A DNA stretch of 63,570 nt, filler included, from a bacterium (GCA_024278215.1; 6 parts of 6 records of this genome joined end to end with filler, not necessarily neighbours in it), one strand, 5' to 3'; numbered from the whole stretch's first letter, positions 27,627-37,921 are shown. Translations and numbers: made by a program. The notes: generated from the sequence alone by a model not told the origin.

Positions 27627-29465
27627 GTGAAGAACGGCATTGTGACAAGACTTACGATAATAATCGGCCTTATGGTGCTGCTTACCGCCGCCATAGTGTA
27701 CTATGGTTCCGATATGCGGTTTTCCCTGCTGTACAGGTCCCAGAAAGAAAAACGGGTGACATTTCTCGCGCGGTCAATGTCGTATGGATTGAAAAACATC
27801 CTTGTGTCGGCAGGCTCGGAAAACGAAGTGTCGCGGCTTGTCGAAAATGTCATGCGAAGCGCGATGGCTAACGATCCTACGATAACAGGTTGCAGGGTGG
27901 AGAATAAGGAAGGCAAAATACTCTACAACTTCCTGATGCCGGGCGCGGGGGCGCGGGGCGCGTCAAGTGTGAGTGTGGATGTAAAGTCCGAGACGGGCAG
28001 GATAGGCACGATCACACTGTACTACATACACAACGACATCTTTTCCGATGAGAAAACACAGCAGGTGGTGGCGATAGCGGGCACAATAGCTTCAATGGTG
28101 ACTTACCACATGAAGCGATTCGATTTTTTCCAGGTCAGGTTCCTTGCGGAAAAGATCATCGAGGAAGACCCTGATGTTATCTACAGCGAGGTGACCGGCC
28201 CCGGTGACAGGGTTGTGTACTCGCATAAAATGGAAGAGTTCAAGGATATGCTTTCCGAAGAAGTTAATCGGACATCCGCCGATGTCAGCCCGTTGCAGCC
28301 TGTTGTAGTGCAGGAGATAGGCGAGATAGGCGATTATGGGCGGGTAGTGGAAGTAGCGGTGCTTGTGCACGAGGGAAACCGCCGCCTTGGTGTTGTGAGA
28401 ATCGGATATTCGACGGCATCGCTCAACAGAGCCATGGTGAATTCGCGGCGGATACTGACACTTGTTATCGCGGGGATAACGCTGCTCGCGCTGGGCCTCG
28501 GCATCGCGCTTGCCCGCAGCATCGCGCGTCCGCTGGTGGACCTCACGGATGTTGCGCGCACAATATCACCCGAGGGATTCACTGGCGACGTGCAACTCGA
28601 AAAGGCCGCGAAGGAGATCGAAACGCTCAAAGCTTCTTTCACCGACCTCGGCGACAGGCTTTCCTCTCGCCGGGACGAGATCGGCGCGCTCGCCACTTCC
28701 TTTAAAGACCTTGTTGTCGCACTCGACACTTACATAAAACAACTGAAGGTTTCCTACCGGCAGATCAGTGTTGCCGACCGCCTCTATGCCATGGGACAAC
28801 TCACAGCCGGTATCGCACACGAAATAAATAATCCCCTCACTATCATTTCTACATACATACAAGTCATGCTCAAACGCGATGACATCGACCCGGAAATGCG
28901 CGGGGAGCTCGATACAATAAAAGAGGAAATAGCGCGCATCGCCGAAAGAGTGAGCGAACTGCGCTCGTTTACACAGGAAACGCAATTCGAGTTTGCTACG
29001 ATCGACCTGCATTCCGCGCTGAATAAAACGCTGTCGCTTTTCCGCTACCAGATAAATAAGAAGGGCGTCACTCTCAAAGCGGAATTCGACGATCAGCCGG
29101 TGTTCGTTACGGGCGACGAGGGCAAACTGCGCCAGGTTTTTCTCAACCTCATGCTGAATTCGCTCCAGGCTATGGCCTACTCGGAAACAAAGGTGCTCGC
29201 AGTGGCGACCGAAGTGACTGAAGCCGAAGTCAGGATACATTTTTCAGACACCGGCTCCGGGATCGACGGCAAAGAGATGGACCATATTTTCGACCCGTTC
29301 TTCTCGACAAAAAAGGGAAGCGCGGGCACAGGGCTCGGACTTTCGATCAGTTACAGCATAATCGAGACACACAACGGCACGATCAGGGTCGAATCGACAC
29401 CCGGCGAAGGCGCTACATTTACGGTAATACTGCCGCCTGCGGCTGAAAACGACATCCAGAGTTAA
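27627..29465 (+). CDS. Membrane sensor histidine kinase (NtrB-like, HAMP)
   Basis: Two TM helices; AGIAHEINNPL, QVFLNLMLN, DTGSG, FDPFFSTK, GTGLGL. Confidence 0.95.
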   Translation: MKNGIVTRLTIIIGLMVLLTAAIVYYGSDMRFSLLYRSQKEKRVTFLARSMSYGLKNILVSAGSENEVSRLVENVMRSAMANDPTITGCRVENKEGKILYNFLMPGAGARGASSVSVDVKSETGRIGTITLYYIHNDIFSDEKTQQVVAIAGTIASMVTYHMKRFDFFQVRFLAEKIIEEDPDVIYSEVTGPGDRVVYSHKMEEFKDMLSEEVNRTSADVSPLQPVVVQEIGEIGDYGRVVEVAVLVHEGNRRLGVVRIGYSTASLNRAMVNSRRILTLVIAGITLLALGLGIALARSIARPLVDLTDVARTISPEGFTGDVQLEKAAKEIETLKASFTDLGDRLSSRRDEIGALATSFKDLVVALDTYIKQLKVSYRQISVADRLYAMGQLTAGIAHEINNPLTIISTYIQVMLKRDDIDPEMRGELDTIKEEIARIAERVSELRSFTQETQFEFATIDLHSALNKTLSLFRYQINKKGVTLKAEFDDQPVFVTGDEGKLRQVFLNLMLNSLQAMAYSETKVLAVATEVTEAEVRIHFSDTGSGIDGKEMDHIFDPFFSTKKGSAGTGLGLSISYSIIETHNGTIRVESTPGEGATFTVILPPAAENDIQS

Positions 29466-29515
29466 CCCGCATATTTTCAATTTATTGTGATTTGCAACAG
29501 AGGAAGATCCGTTAT

Positions 29516-29547
29516 AAAAAAAACACCCTTAAACTGAAGGTGTTTTT
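29516..29547. terminator. Bidirectional intrinsic terminator
   Basis: A8-CACC(C)TT...AAGGTG-T5. Confidence 0.7.
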
Positions 29548-29582
29548 CCTTAATGCGATTTTAGAATACGTCCAATAGCGAT

Positions 29583-29633
29583 CTATTTGCCTTTGGGACG
29601 CGGTTTCGGGGCAGGTCTCCAGCTTGTCATCAT
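29583..29633 (-). CDS. Putative 16-aa Pro/Lys/Arg-rich peptide MMTSWRPAPKPRPKGK
   Basis: RBS AAGAGGTGA, its own promoter, and a downstream terminator. Confidence 0.5.
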   Translation of the reverse strand: MMTSWRPAPKPRPKGK

Positions 29634-29670
29634 ATCGTTTCACCTCTTTATAAAGGATTTCTATATCCTT

Positions 29671-29699
29671 ATTTTATCCTAAATAGCGACTTTAGTCAA
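29671..29699 (-). promoter_or_regulatory. Sigma70 promoter
   Basis: TTGACT-N17-TAAAAT. Confidence 0.7.
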
Positions 29700-29735
29700 C
29701 AAATAGTTTAGCTTTGGTTGAAAAAGAAAACTGTA

Positions 29736-29913
29736 GAGCCAATTACAAAATCATGTTCGTAGCGAGGTCGAGCGAAATTGTTCAGAGCAAGGCGGAGGTG
29801 TAAAATCCTTGCAGGCGTACTTGTAAAGTACGTCGAGGACGATTTCGCGCCGACAACGCAGCTATGGACAATAGCAGCCGACCGCAGCAGAATCAGAATT
29901 TTGCAATTGGCTC
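29736..29913. mobile_element. MITE family 1, copy E (178 bp)
   Basis: Same TIRs; flanks TGTA/GGTA. Confidence 0.85.
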
Positions 29914-29927
29914 GGTAGAACTTCGGC

Positions 29928-30431
29928 TTATTCCTGCCTGTACTCGTCGGGAATATCGGATGCCGTGTACGGATCAGCATAAATCTTTTTGTCATCCGAT
30001 ACGTAAGTGTATATCTTGTTGTCACGGCAGTATCCGAAAAGCTCGTATGAATCGCCGAAGGATGTGTCGATTCTCATGACGCTTCCTGTTTTCGGGTCCC
30101 AGTATTCTGTATTATAGACATATCTGTGTATGGTCTTGTGCCTGTTGAAGAATTCGTCGTCGAGATAGTAAGGATATTTGCCCTGATCGAGCATATCCGC
30201 GTCGAGCGCTTTCACAACTTGCTTTATCGCTTTTTCGCACTTCATGCCGACCTGCTTGTTCGCCATAAATTTTTTTTCCGATTTCTCATTGACTTCACGC
30301 AGTTGGTTGACAGCGAGCCAGCCGACGACGACAACGGCGACAAAGAGAAAAAGAATCAATGCGACGGCGCCTCGATCATTATTATTTTTCGACGGTTTCA
30401 GATTGATCTGTTGTCTGTTTTTTTCATTCAT
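29928..30431 (-). CDS. Pilin/pseudopilin-like membrane-anchored protein
   Basis: Basic leader, DRG/AVALILFLFV hydrophobic helix, G-x-YP motif. Confidence 0.5.
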   Translation of the reverse strand: MNEKNRQQINLKPSKNNNDRGAVALILFLFVAVVVVGWLAVNQLREVNEKSEKKFMANKQVGMKCEKAIKQVVKALDADMLDQGKYPYYLDDEFFNRHKTIHRYVYNTEYWDPKTGSVMRIDTSFGDSYELFGYCRDNKIYTYVSDDKKIYADPYTASDIPDEYRQE

Positions 30432-30444
30432 GGAATTATTCCTT

Positions 30445-31236
30445 TTATATTGTTGAGAGTATACAAAGCGATGCTTCCACGGCATTGCACAGGCACACGC
30501 CGGTGTTTTCGACCTGTTCACCCTCGATGAACGGCACACGGTTGGCGACGCCTTTTATTGAAATGTAAAAAACATTGTCGTCGACGGCGGAACAGACAGC
30601 GTAGAAAGCGGCGGCCTCCATGTCGATCAGAAAAGGCATTTTGCGTTCGAGCATGTTTTTCAGGATGATGAATTTTTCCGGCGGGTCGAGTTCGGCCTTA
30701 AGCGGGAGGCCGGGTCGCCGGATACCGCCCGAGCCGTCCGGGGCGGCGCCCATGCAATAGAATGTGTCTGTGCTGATCATGCGGCCTGTAGTGAAAGCGA
30801 TGCCGTTATTAAGAAGGATGCTTTTCGTTTTTTTCAGATAATCGGGATTCGCGGGCCTGAGCGGGTCGCCGGGGTTGTAGTGAAAGGAAGCCCCGTCGTG
30901 GCTTTCCGCTTCGTCCACGACAACCACCGAACCGTTCGGCACGAGCCCCGACAGGCTGCCGCATGTGCCGCTATGCACGAATTGGCGCGCGCCGCACAGA
31001 TACAGTTCGGTGAGCCCCACCTCGACCGAGGCGGAGCCGAGGCCCGTGAGGCACATTGTCGCCTCGAGGCTGTCGGTAGAGATCGTGTAGGTCTGAAACT
31101 CGCGGTATCTTTTCACCAGCGCGTGCCGCACGCCGAGACTGTCGAGCGCGCAGGTGAGGTCTTCGGCGTCTTCCCCGCACACGAAAAGGACTTTCCGCCC
31201 GACATCCTTTGTTGTGAGTCCGGTGTTTGGGAGCAT
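30445..31236 (-). CDS. Nucleoside phosphorylase (PNP/UDP family)
   Basis: TGLGSAS, GTCGSL, HDGASFHY, STDTFY, IDMEAAA. Confidence 0.85.
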   Translation of the reverse strand: MLPNTGLTTKDVGRKVLFVCGEDAEDLTCALDSLGVRHALVKRYREFQTYTISTDSLEATMCLTGLGSASVEVGLTELYLCGARQFVHSGTCGSLSGLVPNGSVVVVDEAESHDGASFHYNPGDPLRPANPDYLKKTKSILLNNGIAFTTGRMISTDTFYCMGAAPDGSGGIRRPGLPLKAELDPPEKFIILKNMLERKMPFLIDMEAAAFYAVCSAVDDNVFYISIKGVANRVPFIEGEQVENTGVCLCNAVEASLCILSTI

Positions 31237-31484
31237 GATTAATAATAATAGTATTCCGGCATGTTTACCACGCACAAACAAGATTGAGTGCGCCACACAC
31301 ATAACCCGCATATTTCACAAATCCGGGATAAAAAATCCATTTCAAGCGCTTTGTCTTCCGCCGGGAATCAATTTCCGGCACTGAAAGCGACAATGAATTG
31401 TCGCACTCCAAATTCAAGTCAATACAGAACTTGTGCGTTTTTGAAATATGTGCAGTCAATGTTGTTAAATAAGCAGTATTGATG

Positions 31485-32912
31485 TTAATGCCCATTCCAC
31501 ATCTCGAGGCGGTCGCGGTAGTAGACCTCGATGGCCTCCAGGTTCTGCCAGCCCTGGCCCTTGAGCAGGTTCATCACATTCACGGCGAAGAGTTCCTGCA
31601 CAGGCAGATAGCGGTCATAAACATCATAAGGGTCGCCCCGGGTCTCGTCGGGGGTGTCGTCGAGTCCGACGATGAGGTAGACATAGTAGAGGACATACTG
31701 GTTCATATCGGAGTATCCGCTATCGGAAAGTGTGACGGTGGTGGTGTGCAGACCGTCGATAGTCGACGTCCATGTTTCCGTGATGGACGCCGTTGTCCTG
31801 TCGATGAGATAAGAGTGAAGCGGCTGGTCGTCTTTTTCGATATTGACTTTCACTTTGCCGCTGATCAGGGTTTCATCCTTTATCAGTTCTACAAAAAGGT
31901 AGGGCTTTGTTTTGCCTTCTTTATAGAAGAAGCGCTGGAGACTGTTCTGGTCCGGGTCGAGCATCTTGATGTATGAATCCATGAGAGAGCTGGAGCCGAG
32001 GAAGAATTTGCAGAATTCGGCGGAAAGCAGGTAGGCGATGCCGCCGACCGTAGCGCCGTCTGCGCTCTTGAGGTGCGCCCACTTCATCTGTGCGAAGTCC
32101 AGCCACATGGGATAAGTGCCTTCGTTCTCATCGATATAGAGGTCGCCGTCGTTGTCGCCCCCCTGGTAGAAACGGAACTGGCGGCGACCGCTCTCGATAC
32201 AGTTGAAATCACAATTCACCGTTATGTCCACTTTATAGTAGCTGCCCCATGAGTCGGTGCCGTTTTCGGCGACAACCTTGTAATCATATTTGTATGTATC
32301 TAAAGAATACAGAGAACCGAATATCGTGTAGTCGGGAGTGGTGAGAGAACGGGCGCGTTTGATGCTGTAGGGGCTGGAGTGCGACAGCGCCGCGCAGACC
32401 CTGTTGCCTGAATAATCCGGGAGGGAATCCATATACTGATCGAGCGCGGGTCCCGTGACGATCTCGAGTTCGGCAGGAGAATAGCCGGTGCCTGAAGCGG
32501 AGATGCAGAACCGTGTGCCGGAGACGAACGGCAGACCGTCGGGCTGTATGTCGTAGACCTTTCCGATCAGTCCGGACGGTCGGCCCGATGTGTAAAACCG
32601 TTCGGCGACAGTCACAGTCTGGGTATCCGCAAGCGATGCTTCGAGCATGGCGGAACCGGCGAGAATGGTAGTGGTGACAGGTCCGACATCTGTGGAAGCA
32701 AGCGACTTAAGCGCATATACGCCGGAAGCAGCGACAGGGTCGGACGCATCGCCGCCGCCCCCTCCGCAGCCCGCCGCCGCAAGCAAAACAGCGACCAGAA
32801 AAACACTTAACGCCGCTCGTGATAATGTTGATTCCGTGATGGCCCTCACAATATAAGATTCTAACACAGATTGTTCCGGGAAGAAACCTCTCATCAAGTG
32901 AGCCGATTGCAC
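31485..32912 (-). CDS. Lipoprotein with ZU5-like domain (true start probably downstream, e.g. GTG 32849)
   Basis: LAAAG-C-GGGGG lipobox; VYDIQPDGLPF...LSHSSPY. Confidence 0.7.
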   Translation of the reverse strand: MQSAHLMRGFFPEQSVLESYIVRAITESTLSRAALSVFLVAVLLAAAGCGGGGGDASDPVAASGVYALKSLASTDVGPVTTTILAGSAMLEASLADTQTVTVAERFYTSGRPSGLIGKVYDIQPDGLPFVSGTRFCISASGTGYSPAELEIVTGPALDQYMDSLPDYSGNRVCAALSHSSPYSIKRARSLTTPDYTIFGSLYSLDTYKYDYKVVAENGTDSWGSYYKVDITVNCDFNCIESGRRQFRFYQGGDNDGDLYIDENEGTYPMWLDFAQMKWAHLKSADGATVGGIAYLLSAEFCKFFLGSSSLMDSYIKMLDPDQNSLQRFFYKEGKTKPYLFVELIKDETLISGKVKVNIEKDDQPLHSYLIDRTTASITETWTSTIDGLHTTTVTLSDSGYSDMNQYVLYYVYLIVGLDDTPDETRGDPYDVYDRYLPVQELFAVNVMNLLKGQGWQNLEAIEVYYRDRLEMWNGH

Positions 32913-32924
32913 CGCATCGGCGGA

Positions 32925-33839
32925 TCACCCGTTATTTATTCTGTAGACAGCATTCGAGCTCGGCAGGTCGCCAACAGTCATTACATAGACCTCGCCGCCG
33001 CGCTTAATAAAATCCCTGACATATTCCCGCTCGTCCAGTATGGTCTGGATTTCACCGGGAATCGGGTCGCCCTGCCTGAACGCCAGCACAGCAACCCTCG
33101 TGTCCCGGAAACTTCCCTCGCCCCGCAGCGCATGTTCCATCGCATATTTCAGAGAATCGTCGATAATTCCGTCGTAGCAGTCACCCTGAAGATTTATCCT
33201 GAACGTTTTGAATGCCGAGAACCTTGTGTTGAGATTATTGAGGAAGATGACATCCGGGTTCTGCCCCCTCGACATGCTCTCCAACTCATCTTCCGTATAC
33301 CTGTTTGCAAGACAATATTTAAGCTCGTCGAACAGCGCCATGCACGTTGTTTTGCGCCTGTGATCGCCGTCGATCAGAGAGACTTCGCCCCGCGCGTGAT
33401 CGAAATAAATGACTCCCGCCCGCCACTGAGGATCGATCTTCTCAAGTTGCGCTTCGGCATTCCTTATCGGGTCCGGAGCGAGCTTCGCGATGGCAGGATA
33501 CTCCGGCGGTCCGGCATCCGCCCCGCACGACCTCGCATAATCGACGGCCCCGCACCCCTTGAACTCCGTATCCCCGTGCGCAATTACCACAGACGGCCTT
33601 TCGTGTGGACTGTAAACAACATTTCCGGCAGTGTTCAAAACATTAACATAAGGCACATGCGACAGAATCTGCCTGACAGCCTGGTTCCTCGCGTCACTGC
33701 ACATATAAACATCCGTAGTAATATTCCTCGGGATATTCCGAAGTTCCCTGATGAAAAATCTGCCAGTTTCATCACGAATCCCATTGAAACTTATCCTCTC
33801 GTATTTCGCCCATGTCAGACTGATATTCCTTGCCGGCAT
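32925..33839 (-). CDS. Divergent beta-class carbonic anhydrase-like protein
   Basis: CSDAR, NTAGNVV, H-x7-CGA. Confidence 0.6.
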   Translation of the reverse strand: MPARNISLTWAKYERISFNGIRDETGRFFIRELRNIPRNITTDVYMCSDARNQAVRQILSHVPYVNVLNTAGNVVYSPHERPSVVIAHGDTEFKGCGAVDYARSCGADAGPPEYPAIAKLAPDPIRNAEAQLEKIDPQWRAGVIYFDHARGEVSLIDGDHRRKTTCMALFDELKYCLANRYTEDELESMSRGQNPDVIFLNNLNTRFSAFKTFRINLQGDCYDGIIDDSLKYAMEHALRGEGSFRDTRVAVLAFRQGDPIPGEIQTILDEREYVRDFIKRGGEVYVMTVGDLPSSNAVYRINNG

Positions 33840-34160
33840 ACTGCTCCTCCTTCACACGAAATTGTCGCTATCAAACCTGAATCAGTAACCATTCCGGGTC
33901 AAATTCCAATGTTAAATACATATCCCGATCCATCATATCATGGAACTCATTCTCCCACAATTCTGAAACACAAAACGCGCTTCAGGCACATTAGAGATAA
34001 TTGAGAAAGCCGAACTTTATCAACAGCATATCCTGACCACCGGATTATCACAGAAAACACATAATTACGCAACTCTGCAAGGAGCGAAACAGCAGATTTT
34101 CCTGGATACTCCCGGCCACCCGACCATTACGGTATTACGGCAGTTAAAAGTAAAAACATC

Positions 34161-34189
34161 TTTACATCCGAAATAGAGAGTACTATAAT
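34161..34189 (+). promoter_or_regulatory. Sigma70 promoter of tRNA-fMet
   Basis: TTTACA-N17-TATAAT. Confidence 0.75.
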
Positions 34190-34194
34190 CCTTA

Positions 34195-34268
<74 letters not shown>

Positions 34269-34332
34269 TCAGAAAAAGCCCCGATAACGACGCTGTTGAT
34301 TTTCTCCCTCAAAAAAATAATTTTCACAAAAG

Positions 34333-34361
34333 TTGACAAATAGCAATTATTATGCTGTAAT
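34333..34361 (+). promoter_or_regulatory. Sigma70-like promoter for a gene lost at the contig end
   Basis: TTGACA-N17-TGTAAT. Confidence 0.5.
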
Positions 34362-34416
34362 GTTTTTATGTTTTAGAATCCCTACGGAAGTGATAACAAA
34401 TGCTGGTTATACGAAA

Positions 34417-34516
34417 NNNNNNNNNNNNNNNNNNNNNNNNNNNNNNNNNNNNNNNNNNNNTTAATTAATTAANNNNNNNNNNNNNNNNNNNNNNNNNNNN
34501 NNNNNNNNNNNNNNNN
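34417..34516. other. Artificial contig linker
   Basis: N/TTAATTAATTAA/N. Confidence 0.98.
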
Positions 34517-35270
34517 TTCTTTCCTCTTTGTTGTACACGATATGTCCGATATAGATTTCGTTCCGGAGCATGCGCGAGAACGAAGCAGCCCTCCATTTGT
34601 TGCCGCGAACGGTCGGGATGCTATTATCGTTCAGCCACTTACAGATCAATTTATATCCTTTCCCGTCGGCATACATCTCAAAGATGCGTCGCGCGAGCGG
34701 CGCGGTAACCGGGTCCGGTTCCCATTTCACGCGCCTGTGGCCGTTGTCTTTGACTTCGACCCTTTTGAAACCGAATGGCGGCGGTCCACCCGTGGAATAG
34801 CCGTTCCTTGCAAGATATTTCTTACTGCGCTCGACATCTTTCACATACTCGAGCCGCGAGAATTCGGCGACAGCGCGGAGAATCTCGATTATCAGTCTGC
34901 CCAGAGAATCCTCGGTATCGAACGGTTCTTTGTAATAGAAAATGGAGATGCCGCGCTCTCGCAGTTTTTCGGTGGCGATGTATGACTCCATCGTGTTGCG
35001 CCCGAACCGGGACACAGACCAGGTGAGCACCAGGTCGAACGGTGGCGGCTTGATCTGCGAATCTTTCAGCAGGCGGGAGAATTCCGGTCTCTTGAACGAG
35101 CCGCCGGATTTCACGTCTGCGTAAACCACGTAAACGGGTTTGCCGCGGCGCGCCGCCTCCTGCTTAAGAGTTTCGATCTGGGATTCGATGGAAAGCCCCA
35201 CATCCGCCTGCATCTGCGTACTGACACGTACATAGATGGCGCACGGCCTGATGATTTTCTCATTCTTCAT
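34517..35270 (-). CDS. Large serine recombinase (3' truncated by contig end)
   Basis: YVRVST catalytic Ser, SG...RPEF, SRFGRN, GGPPPFGF, recombinase domain W...MLRNEIYIG. Confidence 0.92.
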
Positions 35271-35991
35271 CCTTTGCCTCCCCTCCTTTTAAGACACAGG
35301 TTACCTCTGAATCTGAAATAGATGAAGCCGTTTCAGAGATGTCCTGGGATGGTTGGAGTCCATGCTTCGAGGTCACAACCAGCTCCCGCTGATCGGTTCC
35401 GAAAAATTCATTGAGTGTGTTTTGTATGTATTCAATATCGACCATGAAAACCCGCCCCATAGAAAATGTTTTTAGGACATCGCATCCGGCAGCGCATTTC
35501 ATTCGGCGATGCGAAGCATGAAATCATGTCCTGATATCTACACCCCGGTTTTCAGGGGACGACTGGACAAAGTTTTGAAATTATTTTGAGAAAGGCGATT
35601 GGAGCTGGGGTATCGATTCGGGGCAAAATCCGGATCGGCAGCAATTCGGAAACGAGGATTATCTTGCTCGGATCGGGGCGATCCTGTAAAATCCGGGTAG
35701 TAGGAAGTCAGTAAAATGGATAGGTCGAAAGACGGAGGCGATTACCCGCAGGCGCGGTCAAGCCGGCAGACTGCGATTCTGTAACAAAGCGTGAGCATCA
35801 GGCGGTCTGGATTTAGTGAAAGTTATTTGACAGAATTTTAGAAATCATAATGCTGTTCACATCCATAGAGTTTTTATATCTACGTCTTGCCTCAATGTGA
35901 ATTGTTTATTTGCTTGTGATACGATGAAAAAAAGCCCCTGCTTGTATGACAGAGGCCTGTTTTGAGTTTGTTGATAATAATCTTGTAAAGA

Positions 35992-37629
35992 TTATTGTGT
36001 CGCAGCAGCATACCAATATTGAGTTACGCAGGTTGTGAAATCGCAGGATTGTCCCGATTGCGGTGTGTAAACCCTGCTGATGTTTCCCGCAAGGGAGTCT
36101 GTACTAACGGAGGGTGCGCTGCTGTTGAGTATATATCCCCTTACAGTTGTTTTCTCATCAACCTGGCATGAACCGATGGTCGTTTGCGTTGTCCCCTGTC
36201 CAACGAAAGCGTTTCCTGCAATAGTACCAGTGATAGTAGGAAGGCTCGCTCCGTTCAGAGTTCCGGTCAGGGTGCCTGAGTTACCGCTTTTTGCGAGCGT
36301 CACCGAAATGTCGTGGGTGTCCTGAGCAGAAATTGAATCGTTACATGAGCTGTATGCAACATACGCTCCGGTTGTTGAGGAGTAAGAACCGGCGATATTC
36401 GATGTAGCGCCAGATGGTATCAACGTGCCGCCTAAAACTGCGGCGTTTAAGTTGTCGATGTCTGAACCGGAAGAGTCTGTAAAATAAACCCTTCCCAATC
36501 CTCTGCAGGACCAATGAGTATATGTTGCTGAGTCTGAGCCCTCGGTAAATGAAACAACAAATTTCAAACAGTCGTTATAGGTTCCAGCATTAACTGCTTT
36601 CATCTCTTGGGTTACAGTCGTTGTAGCAGTGAGAGATGTATCTTGGCTCCCATTTGAGTGAGAAACGGTGGCAGTAATATTCCAGGATTCTCCACTAGTC
36701 ATATTCGCCTTACCGAACAACAGCGGTGGCGAGTAAGTTTGAAGATCATTTGTGTCATTGCTAAAGATACCATACAGATACAGATTCCCGCTGCTGTCAA
36801 AGGCGAAGTAATCAGTGCTGTCTCCATCATATCTTCCATATGTTGTCGTGCCGTTTATTGTTTTTGTCTCAATGAAACCCATCACAAAAGGATATTCACT
36901 CCTGCTGGTGTCGGGCAAACCTTCATCAAAGCTCCAAATGTCCCCAACGGCAATGGTCTCATAATCTGCAATATCAATCGAACTGCCCGACGAAGAGTAG
37001 CTTGATACATACATATCGAGGTTTGATGATATGGCGGAGTCGTTGTCCAGAGTGGCGACACAGCCGTTGACAGTCGTCTGGCCGGTCAAATCAACACTCG
37101 CCGCATCGTTTTCAACCTGTGTTTGAATTGAAATAATTTCTGTCACCGTAAAATTCGAAAGCGCCTGGCTGCTTGCAACTATTTCCGAAGTCACAAGCTC
37201 AGTTATTGGGTTGATGCTTACAGAAGTAGAGGTCACAATTGCCCGCATCTGGACATTATCTGAAGAATCTACGGCAGCAACAACCAGGTTGCTTGCGGTG
37301 CTTACGCCCACGGGCAATACCAGGCTGTATATGCCCGAACTGTTACTTTCACCGGATGCCAGAAAATCCCCGGACCTGTCGCCGTTATCATCAATAAGGA
37401 AAGCCTTAATGGTGACATTTGCCCTGAAAACAAAGTCGCTATGCACAGAATCGGCCGCTGAGCGCCCGGCTGATCTGCCAAGAGAAACTCCGGATGGTGC
37501 GCTGACAGTACCTGATATAGTTGTGCCTGTCGGCGTCGCTGTCCCCCCGCCACCGCCGCCGCCGCAACCGGCGAAAATAAGCGCGAGACAAATTACAGCA
37601 GTCGAAATACCAAGTGATTTTTTCATCAT
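35992..37629 (-). CDS. Ser/Thr-rich surface lipoprotein
   Basis: LIFAG-C-G8 lipobox; TISGTVSAP beta-sandwich; INPITEL; V-x-AGTY..C..GLG motif domain. Confidence 0.85.
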   Translation of the reverse strand: MMKKSLGISTAVICLALIFAGCGGGGGGGTATPTGTTISGTVSAPSGVSLGRSAGRSAADSVHSDFVFRANVTIKAFLIDDNGDRSGDFLASGESNSSGIYSLVLPVGVSTASNLVVAAVDSSDNVQMRAIVTSTSVSINPITELVTSEIVASSQALSNFTVTEIISIQTQVENDAASVDLTGQTTVNGCVATLDNDSAISSNLDMYVSSYSSSGSSIDIADYETIAVGDIWSFDEGLPDTSRSEYPFVMGFIETKTINGTTTYGRYDGDSTDYFAFDSSGNLYLYGIFSNDTNDLQTYSPPLLFGKANMTSGESWNITATVSHSNGSQDTSLTATTTVTQEMKAVNAGTYNDCLKFVVSFTEGSDSATYTHWSCRGLGRVYFTDSSGSDIDNLNAAVLGGTLIPSGATSNIAGSYSSTTGAYVAYSSCNDSISAQDTHDISVTLAKSGNSGTLTGTLNGASLPTITGTIAGNAFVGQGTTQTTIGSCQVDEKTTVRGYILNSSAPSVSTDSLAGNISRVYTPQSGQSCDFTTCVTQYWYAAATQ

Positions 37630-37765
37630 TCTCTACCCCCTTGATTTTTTATAAAATTCGCATGGCGAACATAAAACGCATAAACGTTATAGAAAACAGA
37701 CTTTAAGAATTTCTCTTTGAATTCTTTACCTGGAAGTGATATTGGATAGAGGTCTACTAAACCTG

Positions 37766-37915
37766 AAAGGGCAGACCCCGGTTGCGCAACAAACGGAATG
37801 TGCCGATCACTCAGCGACCGTTGTTCCGAGGCTGCCCCAAAAAGCAGCTCAGGGTCGCTAGTGAATAATAAGATATGGTGGCACATATCCATAAAAAAAC
37901 TCCGTTCGTTGCGCA
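37766..37915 (-). ncRNA. Putative structured leader RNA, copy 2
   Basis: 15-bp P1 (37783-37797/37901-37915), P2 (37872-37889), P3 (37807-37819/37853-37864), core CTGCTTTTTGGGGCAGCCTCGG, tail CCGGGGTCTGCCC-TTT. Confidence 0.7.
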
Positions 37916-37921
37916 GTCGAT

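Noticed and set aside
29708-30025. Short ORFs overlapping MITE copies (also 12646-12858, 20713-21057, 38685-38957)
   Set aside because: They are translations of the repeat, not independent genes.
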